Notes: generated from the letters alone by a model not told the origin. 32,000 bases of DNA from Vibrio penaeicida (GCF_002933855.1 NZ_BFAQ01000011.1:29442-61441); one strand, 5' to 3'; positions 18,058 to 25,309 are shown, counted from the first letter of the stretch. A program made the numbers and translations.

Positions 18058-19083
18058 TTAAAACCTCACGCCTAACGTTAGATCGAACGCAGGGTTGCCG
18101 CCCCATGTGCCGTTTTCAAAGGTGTCTTTGCTGATGTACATCAAACCGAGATCGACAAAAATATCCCCTTGAGTAAAGAAGGCATTTCGTGGTGGTGACA
18201 ATTCTAGCCCTGCACGTACGGCGATTTTTTGTTTGTTCTCAACAAACTGAAAGCCCGAACCCGCGTAAACAGATAACCAGTCATCGGTAATCGCATACAG
18301 TGCTCTAGCTTCTGCTCCAAAGCCTTGAATCGAAAAATTTGTACTGCCGTCAAAGTTGCGAAAATAGTTGCCGATAAAGGCAAAGTGAGCGCGTTCTGAT
18401 GGGGTGTGCCCGCTGTAGTAGCGTATAGAAAGGTCCGTTACATTTTGTATGTCTTCGCCATCAGTTGAGGTACCATTGATACCAATGTAACCAAGAGCGA
18501 CTCCGACTCCGCTCTCCTTTACATTCTTCTTTGCGAGCACATCCGGATCCTCCTTTATGTCGAAGTTTCCCGTCCATACCACTTCGTTATTTTGAGTGCT
18601 AACTAGTGACATAGTGATGTTGTGAGTATTGTCGCTAAGAGGCGAACGCCAGGTTAGGAAGGCGTCGACACGTATTTTCTTTCCGAGCTTACGCAGTTCA
18701 TCATTACTTGAAAGCCCATGCTTAAACTTTACGTTGGAGGCAGAGAGGTTGACTTGTGTTTTTCCACATTCGATACAGCTGCGTACTTTGATCCCATTGT
18801 TTTTCATTTTGGCAGTTAGGATCGATGTCAGCTTGAGCAGCTCGGTTTTTTCTTCATCCGTTACGGCTTTACCCTCGAAATACAAGGCGACACTTTGGAT
18901 CTTAGCTAAAGACTTGTTGTCTAAAATGTCGAACCAAAGATCATCGTGTTCTAAGAATTCTTCAACTGTTTGTGCTTCATTATCTTTTGCGGAGAAAAGT
19001 GCATTTAAAGGTTTGGAAAAAACAATCGAAGAGTAAGAAATTAAAAGGGTGCTAATGGTTAGAGTCGTGACTTTTTTCCACAT
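18058..19083 (-). CDS. Secreted two-domain protein, putative outer-membrane beta-barrel with N-terminal periplasmic alpha/beta domain
   Basis: 341 aa with signal peptide MWKKVTTLTISTLLISYSSIVFS/KP. The C-terminal ~170 aa show an alternating aromatic/small-residue strand pattern rich in G/Y/F and end ...FDLTLGVRF, the terminal-Phe OMP signature. The N-terminal half has alternating helix/strand character. The family is not recognised with certainty. Confidence 0.6.
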   Translation of the reverse strand: MWKKVTTLTISTLLISYSSIVFSKPLNALFSAKDNEAQTVEEFLEHDDLWFDILDNKSLAKIQSVALYFEGKAVTDEEKTELLKLTSILTAKMKNNGIKVRSCIECGKTQVNLSASNVKFKHGLSSNDELRKLGKKIRVDAFLTWRSPLSDNTHNITMSLVSTQNNEVVWTGNFDIKEDPDVLAKKNVKESGVGVALGYIGINGTSTDGEDIQNVTDLSIRYYSGHTPSERAHFAFIGNYFRNFDGSTNFSIQGFGAEARALYAITDDWLSVYAGSGFQFVENKQKIAVRAGLELSPPRNAFFTQGDIFVDLGLMYISKDTFENGTWGGNPAFDLTLGVRF

Positions 19084-19347
19084 AATGAAACTCCATTCAG
19101 ATCGAGGCTAGGGAAAAGACCTCGAACTGATAGGCTAGGGGACTCACTCTATTTGAATCGCCTTGCACACATGATCCCGAGGGCTGGGTATGAAGAGTAT
19201 TTTGTTAACCCTTTGGATTTCTTGCAATAAACCATTGATCTGATGATTAAACGCATGGCGTGCTTTGTTTAGATAGGGGTATGTAGCTTGAAGTGATTTT
19301 CCGCCGTTTTGAGTGATCTTTGTATATGTAGAAATGGTAGGTGTAGA

Positions 19348-20571
19348 TTAGCGAGCAACGAGGCGGTTTCGACCTTCTTCTTTTGCTTGATACAACAGAT
19401 CGTCAGCATCCCGAATAATTTCTTCTAGGTTTTGCTCTTCATTGCCAGAGCTAACACCAATACTCACTGTGAGATGAATTTGTAAATCTTCGTATTGAAC
19501 AGCCGTTTTCTCTATTCGTTGGCGCATCTTGTCTAGGCGACTTTGGAATTCTTGATAATCCCCACAGTGTTGAATACAGAACTCTTCACCACCAAATCTC
19601 ACCGCAATTTCATTTTTGAAGTAGATGGATATAATTTGCGCCACAGTAACCAGTGCTCTGTCGCCGCCATCATGACCATAGGTATCATTCACTTTCTTAA
19701 AGAAGTCGATATCAATCATGGCGATATTGCGATTGTCACAACATTTATTGTTGTTCTCACCGAACAAGTAGCGACGATTCCAAAGACCAGTTAACGCATC
19801 TTGGTTAGCGATGCGATAAAGCTCGTCGGTGGCGTCTTTCATATCCAGAATGTGTTGAACTCGACAATAGAATTCTTCTTGGTTGAAAGGCTTATAAAGG
19901 AAATCGTTAGCACCAGCTTTTAGAAATCGCGCCGTCATCGTGCGGTCGTTATTGCCAGACAGGCCCAGAATAGCCAAATGATTTCGATCATACTGATTTC
20001 TAATTTCTCTGGTCATAGTAATGCCGTCTTTATTCGGCATGTCATGATCGGTAATTATCATAGTGATGTCTGGGTTTTCCGCTAAAATATCAATAGCTTG
20101 CTGCCCATCATTTGCTTGCAAGGTATCAATGTACTGATGCTCAAGGAGATACACTACATGGTTTCTAACGGTAATTGAGTCATCGACAACCAATGCTTTG
20201 TGTGTATGGTTCGCCATCAATCGCTTTAGAAGTGGGATCAAATAGGATACAGAAGCGCTACTGTCTTTGGTGATGTAATCGAGTACACCTTTAGCAATAA
20301 CATGTTCACGGACGTTTTCATTAAACTGAGCGGTGAGAACAATCGCACGAACTTTATGCGATAAAACGAGATCGATAATTTCCCCGTCTGGACCGTCGGG
20401 TAAGCAATAATCCAATACAGCGCATAGAAAGTTAGTATCTTGTCTTATTATGTTATTTGCCGCTTCTAACGACTCCGCTAAGACAACTTCAAAACCAATT
20501 TGCTTAAGCTGCGAGTTAAGGTAATTACGAAAGGCTCGACTATCCTCGACAACCAAAATCCGATTTAGCAC
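19348..20571 (-). CDS. Response regulator diguanylate cyclase (REC-REC-GGDEF, PleD-like architecture)
   Basis: 407 aa. GTG start with GGAG 5 nt upstream. REC1 has VVEDS...AVLDYCLPDG...YITKD. REC2 has VVDDS...IITDHDMPNKDG...FLYKPF. The GGDEF domain has ALTGLWNRRY, DIDFFKKVNDTYGHDGGD and the active site RFGGEEF. Confidence 0.9.
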   Translation of the reverse strand: MLNRILVVEDSRAFRNYLNSQLKQIGFEVVLAESLEAANNIIRQDTNFLCAVLDYCLPDGPDGEIIDLVLSHKVRAIVLTAQFNENVREHVIAKGVLDYITKDSSASVSYLIPLLKRLMANHTHKALVVDDSITVRNHVVYLLEHQYIDTLQANDGQQAIDILAENPDITMIITDHDMPNKDGITMTREIRNQYDRNHLAILGLSGNNDRTMTARFLKAGANDFLYKPFNQEEFYCRVQHILDMKDATDELYRIANQDALTGLWNRRYLFGENNNKCCDNRNIAMIDIDFFKKVNDTYGHDGGDRALVTVAQIISIYFKNEIAVRFGGEEFCIQHCGDYQEFQSRLDKMRQRIEKTAVQYEDLQIHLTVSIGVSSGNEEQNLEEIIRDADDLLYQAKEEGRNRLVAR

Positions 20572-20772
20572 CAGAGCTCCAAATTCTTCTTATTCTTTAA
20601 TTGACCTGTTTGTTAAGTCTAATCACAAAAGTGAGTACTGCCACAAAAAAACAGGTTTTTTCCATGGTCGTAAAAAGGATGAGACAGAATACGCAGTTGT
20701 TGAGCTTTTTGAACTGCCAAAATTTGTCAGGAGAGTTTGGTAAATGCTGTGCAATGCTTCAGACTTTTATTA

Positions 20773-20792
20773 TACTGATTTTTTATACAGTA
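20773..20792 (+). promoter_or_regulatory. LexA (SOS) box upstream of dinB
   Basis: TACTGATTTTTTATACAGTA fits the gammaproteobacterial consensus TACTG-N10-CAGTA exactly at both arms. It lies 23 nt upstream of the dinB ATG. Confidence 0.8.
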
Positions 20793-20814
20793 TCTGTGTG
20801 AGAGCATTTAGGTA

Positions 20815-21882
20815 ATGGCAAATGATGCGATGAAGAAAATAATTCATGTGGATATGGATTGTTTTTATGCCGCAGTGGAAATGCGCGATAACCCCGCCTA
20901 TAGAGGGCGACCTCTTGCCGTTGGAGGAAGTGAAAAGCAACGCGGTGTTCTGAGTACGTGTAATTATGAAGCGCGTCGATTTGGTATTCGATCAGCAATG
21001 CCAACAGGGCAAGCTTTGAAACTCTGTCCCAATTTGCTGGTGGTGCCGGGGCGGATGCAAGTTTACGTTGATACCTCACGAAAAATACGCGAAATTTTTG
21101 AACGGTATACTTCGGTCATTGAACCTCTGTCCCTTGATGAAGCCTATCTGGATGTTACTGAAACTCAAGTTCTTCATGGCAGTGCCACTTTGATAGCGGA
21201 GGCGATCCGTTATGACATTTGGAATGAATTAAAATTGACAGCTTCGGCGGGCGTTGCTCCTATCAAATTCCTAGCGAAAGTCGCATCCGACATTAATAAA
21301 CCGAATGGCTTGTGCGTGATCCCACCAGACAAGGTTCAGGAAACGATTGATTCGCTTACACTTGATAAAATCCCTGGTGTGGGAAAAGTGTCCTTAGAAA
21401 AGCTGAATACTGCGGGTTTTTTTACTTGTCGAGATATTCGCAAATCGGATTATCGTTCACTGCTGACCCAATTTGGTCGCCAAGGTGAGTCGTTATGGAA
21501 GCGCAGCCAAGGTATTGATAATCGAGAAGTTGTTACTGAGCGCGAGCGAAAATCGGTTGGTGTAGAACGCACTTTTTCCCAAAATATTCGCACGTTTGAT
21601 GAATGTTGGAAGGTGATTGCAGACAAGCTCTTCCCTGAGTTAGAACATCGTTTAGTGAAAGCATCACCAGAAAAGGCGATCATTAAACAGGGTATAAAAA
21701 TGAAATTTGCGGATTTTCAGCAAACCACGATAGAGCATATTCATGGTGAATTAGAGCTAGAAGATTTTCGAGGTTTATTAGAAAAGGTACTGCAACGTCA
21801 GAAAGGAAGAGAGATTCGTTTGCTCGGGCTGAACGTGATGCTCAAACCCGAACAAGAAGCGAGACAGCTCAGTTTTTTCTGA
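20815..21882 (+). CDS. dinB: DNA polymerase IV (Y-family translesion polymerase)
   Basis: 355 aa. It begins KIIHVDMDCFYAAVEMRDNP (catalytic DMD), with SLDEAYLDVT and IAPIKFLAKVASD..KPNG. It is full length, with a LexA box upstream. Confidence 0.93.
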   Translation: MANDAMKKIIHVDMDCFYAAVEMRDNPAYRGRPLAVGGSEKQRGVLSTCNYEARRFGIRSAMPTGQALKLCPNLLVVPGRMQVYVDTSRKIREIFERYTSVIEPLSLDEAYLDVTETQVLHGSATLIAEAIRYDIWNELKLTASAGVAPIKFLAKVASDINKPNGLCVIPPDKVQETIDSLTLDKIPGVGKVSLEKLNTAGFFTCRDIRKSDYRSLLTQFGRQGESLWKRSQGIDNREVVTERERKSVGVERTFSQNIRTFDECWKVIADKLFPELEHRLVKASPEKAIIKQGIKMKFADFQQTTIEHIHGELELEDFRGLLEKVLQRQKGREIRLLGLNVMLKPEQEARQLSFF

Positions 21883-21886
21883 AAAC

Positions 21887-23806
21887 TTAAATGGCTGCCA
21901 CTAACTCAAGAACTTCACTAAACGGAGTGCTTTCCAGCCGACCAAACCCTTCCATTTGCCTAGCTTTAAGTCGAGTCGATTCTGGTGTGGTGATCCCGCA
22001 TAAGAAGCGCGCCAGAGCTTTTGGTGTTGCCTTATCTTTCAATGCATTTTGGTAAGGTGCAATCCAATGCGGGATATTATCTCGTTCATATTCAGCCGAA
22101 TTTGAAGATGGCAATGTGGCAACATGCCCGTCGCAAACCGAGCAATGTTGGCAGTTTGAAGGGGCATTTTCATCTGCAAAGTAACGAGCTAGTTGATGGC
22201 TTAAGCATCTATCATCCTCAAAGAATGCCACCATCTCCCTAATTCTATTGATTTCGCTGGCTTCTTTTTGTTCGAACAATAGATGCATTTGCTCAGCTAA
22301 TTCGTGGGGCGATTTCTGAGTGTCCAGTATACGGTAAACGTCGGTGGCTTGTTTGCTTTCTAACTCTATCCAGCCGTTTTCATGAAAGTAGTCCAATGCA
22401 GAAACCACTCGGCTTCGCTCTGCTGAGTAGCCTTGCCATAAAGCATCAAAATCCAAGGTGTGCCAAGTCTTGGCTTTGGGAGAGCATTGGAAAATCGCTT
22501 CCACAAACTGTTTTCTTTCCCCTTGAAATCGCTGGAAAATCGCGTGTAGATCGACATTTAACTTAAATCGGTAATCAGCGAAATAGGTAAACCTTGGTTC
22601 AATGACGTTTTGCAGTTCAAGATAAACCAGTAAGGTCTTCAAAGGAAGTTGACGAATGTTGACCTCTTTTGAAAGCCTATTAAGCATAATGCTCCACTCG
22701 TCTGAGTGTTCGTATATCTGCTCAATGACCATTTGAATGGAATGAGCGTCGGGTGTGTCGCCGTATACAAAGTTCTCTAATACTGTTAACCCCGACTTGT
22801 CGCCAAGCAAAATACACTGGGAGCTTTGCCCGTCTCGACCCGCTCGACCAATTTCTTGGGAGTAGTTTTCGATAGACTTTGGCAAATCAAAATGAATAAC
22901 GCGGCGAATGTCGGCTTTATCCACTCCCATTCCAAAGGCTATGGTGGCGACTATGCAAGGAACATGACCTTGCATAAATGCATGTTGTATGCGCTCGCGA
23001 TCTTCGCTTTTTAAACCCGCATGGTAAGCCTGAACTTGTACCCCGTGATTACGAAGGAACCCGGCAACTTGTTCAGCCGTTTGCTGCAAAGTGACATAAA
23101 CAATGGTGGGCTCTGAAGGGGACTCATTGATAATTTTTGCCAACTTTTCCAACCGATCTTCGGCAAGACAAGTTTGAATATTTAAATGCAAGTTAGAACG
23201 ATAAAATCCCGTAACGGTGATGTGTTCCGGCTGAATGGCAAATTTACTCTGCATGTCTGAGATGACTTGCGGTGTGGCCGTAGCGGTTAACAGTAGCACT
23301 TGTGGAATATTCAAAGCTTGTTGGTATTGAGGCAGCTTTAGGTAGTCAGGGCGAAAGTTGTGTCCCCATTCAGAGATACAGTGCGCTTCATCCACGACCA
23401 TCATAGAGATTGGAACTTGTGAAATGAATTGGCGAAAGCGCTCGTTTTTCAACCTTTCAACTGAAATCATCAGTATTTTTGTTGTCCCATTTCGAACAGA
23501 CTGCATGATGCGTTGAGTGGTTTCTCTGTCTTGGGTTGAATCGATGGACTCGGCTTCAATGCCTTTACTTTTTAAAAATTGAAGTTGATCCTTTATTAAT
23601 GCCAATAGCGGTGAGATCACCAAAGTTAAGTGGGGAAGGTGTAAGGCGGGCAGCTGGTAGCAAAGGGATTTACCTGAACCAGTCGGAAAAATTGCCGCAC
23701 TAGAATGACCTTGCAGCACGTGATTCACTACGTCATTCTGACCTTTTCTTAGCTCGTTAAAGCCGAATACGTGCTGCAAACTTTGGCGAATAGCCTGATT
23801 GACCAT
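21887..23806 (-). CDS. RecQ-family ATP-dependent DNA helicase (paralog with extended C-terminal region)
   Basis: Helicase motifs are present: PTGSGKSLCYQLPA, VVDEAHCISEWGHNFRPDY, LLLTATAT, AYHAGL and FGMGVDKADIRRVIHFDLPKSIENYSQEIGRAGRDG. A RecQ-type Zn motif, CLSHQLARYF...CQHCSVCDG, lies near the C-terminus. I prefer the start at M8 (23806), because GGAAAGGGGAAGG lies just upstream. The track start is 23827. Confidence 0.85.
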   Translation of the reverse strand: MVNQAIRQSLQHVFGFNELRKGQNDVVNHVLQGHSSAAIFPTGSGKSLCYQLPALHLPHLTLVISPLLALIKDQLQFLKSKGIEAESIDSTQDRETTQRIMQSVRNGTTKILMISVERLKNERFRQFISQVPISMMVVDEAHCISEWGHNFRPDYLKLPQYQQALNIPQVLLLTATATPQVISDMQSKFAIQPEHITVTGFYRSNLHLNIQTCLAEDRLEKLAKIINESPSEPTIVYVTLQQTAEQVAGFLRNHGVQVQAYHAGLKSEDRERIQHAFMQGHVPCIVATIAFGMGVDKADIRRVIHFDLPKSIENYSQEIGRAGRDGQSSQCILLGDKSGLTVLENFVYGDTPDAHSIQMVIEQIYEHSDEWSIMLNRLSKEVNIRQLPLKTLLVYLELQNVIEPRFTYFADYRFKLNVDLHAIFQRFQGERKQFVEAIFQCSPKAKTWHTLDFDALWQGYSAERSRVVSALDYFHENGWIELESKQATDVYRILDTQKSPHELAEQMHLLFEQKEASEINRIREMVAFFEDDRCLSHQLARYFADENAPSNCQHCSVCDGHVATLPSSNSAEYERDNIPHWIAPYQNALKDKATPKALARFLCGITTPESTRLKARQMEGFGRLESTPFSEVLELVAAI

Positions 23807-23839
23807 GTAAAACCTTCCCCTTTCCATATCAATCCGGCT

Positions 23840-23979
23840 ATTCTAACAGGTCCTAAAGTTCTAACAGACTTTAAAGTTCTAACAGCCTCTAGTTTCTAAA
23901 AGATCTAAGTTGCTGACAGGCCTAAGCTTGTAGCAGGTCTAGGTTTCTAACAGATCCATGATTCTAATGGTTTTAAGTT
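23840..23979. repeat. Degenerate 17-18 bp tandem repeat array (about 8 units)
   Basis: The units read aTTCTAACAGgtcctaaa, gTTCTAACAGactttaaa, gTTCTAACAGcctctagt, TTCTAAAAGatctaagt, TGCTGACAGgcctaagct, TGTAGCAGgtctaggtt, TCTAACAGatccatgat and TCTAATGGttttaagtt. They fill the divergent intergenic region. Confidence 0.85.
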
Positions 23980-23993
23980 TGGTGCATAAAAAT

Positions 23994-24476
23994 ATGAATA
24001 AGTCTGAGGTTCGGCAGGTATTTCTTGATGAATTACACCGCATACATAAAACAGCGTTAAATGCCGCTCAAACAGCTATTGAATCCGCGACAGATGAAGA
24101 GACAGTACCAGAACATAAATACGATACGTTGGCATTAGAAGCGGCGTATCTTGCTCATGGCCAAGCACAGCGAGTCGCTGAGTGTGAAGAGAACATTCGG
24201 CTTTATTCTGAGTTAGTGCTTCGAGAATTTAATGAAGACACACCGATTGCTGTATCTGCTTTGGTAAAGCTTGACGATCTTAATGGAAATGAGAGCTGGT
24301 ATTTCATCGCCCCCACGGCTGGTGGAACGACTGTCGAATTTAATGGTGAGCCGATAGCAAGTGTGACATTAAAGGCACCTTTAGGGCAGCAGCTGAAAGG
24401 AAAGTATCTGGGCGACGAAATACAATTGTTGGCTGGAAATCTACAGACCAACTTTGAAGTCGTTGAGCTGTTATAA
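23994..24476 (+). CDS. GreA/GreB-family (transcript-cleavage-factor-like) protein
   Basis: 160 aa from the ATG at 23994; the track start at 23958 lies inside the repeat array. The N-terminal helical region has an acidic segment (ESATDEETVPEHKYDTLALEAAYLAHGQAQR; compare the Gre coiled-coil tip). The C-terminal domain pattern is WYFIAPTAGG...VTLKAPLGQQLKGKYLGDEIQL (compare Gre-C S.SPLG.AL.GK..GD). Confidence 0.6.
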   Translation: MNKSEVRQVFLDELHRIHKTALNAAQTAIESATDEETVPEHKYDTLALEAAYLAHGQAQRVAECEENIRLYSELVLREFNEDTPIAVSALVKLDDLNGNESWYFIAPTAGGTTVEFNGEPIASVTLKAPLGQQLKGKYLGDEIQLLAGNLQTNFEVVELL

Positions 24477-24562
24477 CAAATTACTGACAATTCACCCATT
24501 AACTTTGTTAGCTTGATTATTCTGTTAGCGAAAATTGAACATGGGTCTATTTTGAGGTGACT

Positions 24563-25309
24563 ATGTATATCAAATGGATAGGGTTAGCACTGCTAACAAT
24601 AAGTACTTACTCTCATGCTTCGCAATGTAAGGTCGATGTCGAAAATGAAGTCCATTTAGATGGAAATCGAGTAGAGGTTTACCAGAAAGGGGAAGCAAAG
24701 GTTCTAATAGATAAAGACAATAATGTCTTTATTAATGGTGAGAAGTTAGCGCTCGATGAATGGCAGCATCAGGCTGTAGACTCGTACCGTGAAAAAATGA
24801 ACGAATATGTGCCAAGAGCCAAAGACATTGCTAATAACGGCGCTGATCTCGCAAAGGACATTGTTGATGATGTCAGCGCCAGTTTTAACGACAGTCAAGC
24901 GTTCAATAATGTGAAATCTGCCATCGATGATTTTTACACTGATCTCGAATCTCGCTACTACCAAGACGGGGAATTTGTTCTTAAGGAAAATGCGTTTGGT
25001 GATGCCTTCAGTAATTGGAAGAATGACTTTGATGGTGCGATGGAAAAGTTTAATGGGGAGTTTTTCTCCAGCGCGTTTTCTGCTTTGTCTGAAAAAATGA
25101 AGACGGAAGGCGGTATTAATTTTACTGAATTGCAAAAGCAGTTGGGTTCACTAAAAGATACGCTGAAAGAAAAGATTGAAGGGCAGTCGGAGGAGATTCG
25201 CAAAGAAGCTCAGCAATACTGTGAACAGCTAAAAGATGTGGCGGGTGAAGAACAAAAACTGCATGAGAAAATACCAGCTCTAAAAGACTACCCAGTATTC
25301 TTAATCTAA
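24563..25309 (+). CDS. Secreted DUF2884 (YggN-like) family protein
   Basis: Signal peptide (MYIKWIGLALLTISTYSHA/SQC), then C.V....V.L......V, as I recall for E. coli YggN, followed by a helical acidic body. I prefer the ATG at 24563, with GAGG 5 nt upstream. The track uses GTG 24557. Confidence 0.55.
   Translation: MYIKWIGLALLTISTYSHASQCKVDVENEVHLDGNRVEVYQKGEAKVLIDKDNNVFINGEKLALDEWQHQAVDSYREKMNEYVPRAKDIANNGADLAKDIVDDVSASFNDSQAFNNVKSAIDDFYTDLESRYYQDGEFVLKENAFGDAFSNWKNDFDGAMEKFNGEFFSSAFSALSEKMKTEGGINFTELQKQLGSLKDTLKEKIEGQSEEIRKEAQQYCEQLKDVAGEEQKLHEKIPALKDYPVFLI

Noticed and set aside
19084-19347. A c-di-GMP riboswitch or other structured leader in the 264-bp gap upstream of the five-gene core.
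   Set aside because: I read the minus strand for GEMM-like conserved segments and found only a short 5-6 bp hairpin and a 9-nt direct repeat. That is not enough to support a riboswitch call, and a covariance-model scan would be needed.
20601-20801. 66-aa TTG-start ORF between the cyclase gene and dinB.
   Set aside because: It overlaps the dinB LexA box and promoter, has a weak start codon and no RBS, and has no recognisable features.
9601-20814. The 11-kb block as a mobile genomic island.
   Set aside because: I could see no integrase, transposase, tRNA/tmRNA target, flanking direct repeats or obvious compositional break. Accessory status remains a question for comparative genomics, not a supported call.
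23840-23979. The tandem repeat array as a CRISPR array.
   Set aside because: The units are contiguous with no unique spacers, are too short and degenerate, and no cas genes are present.
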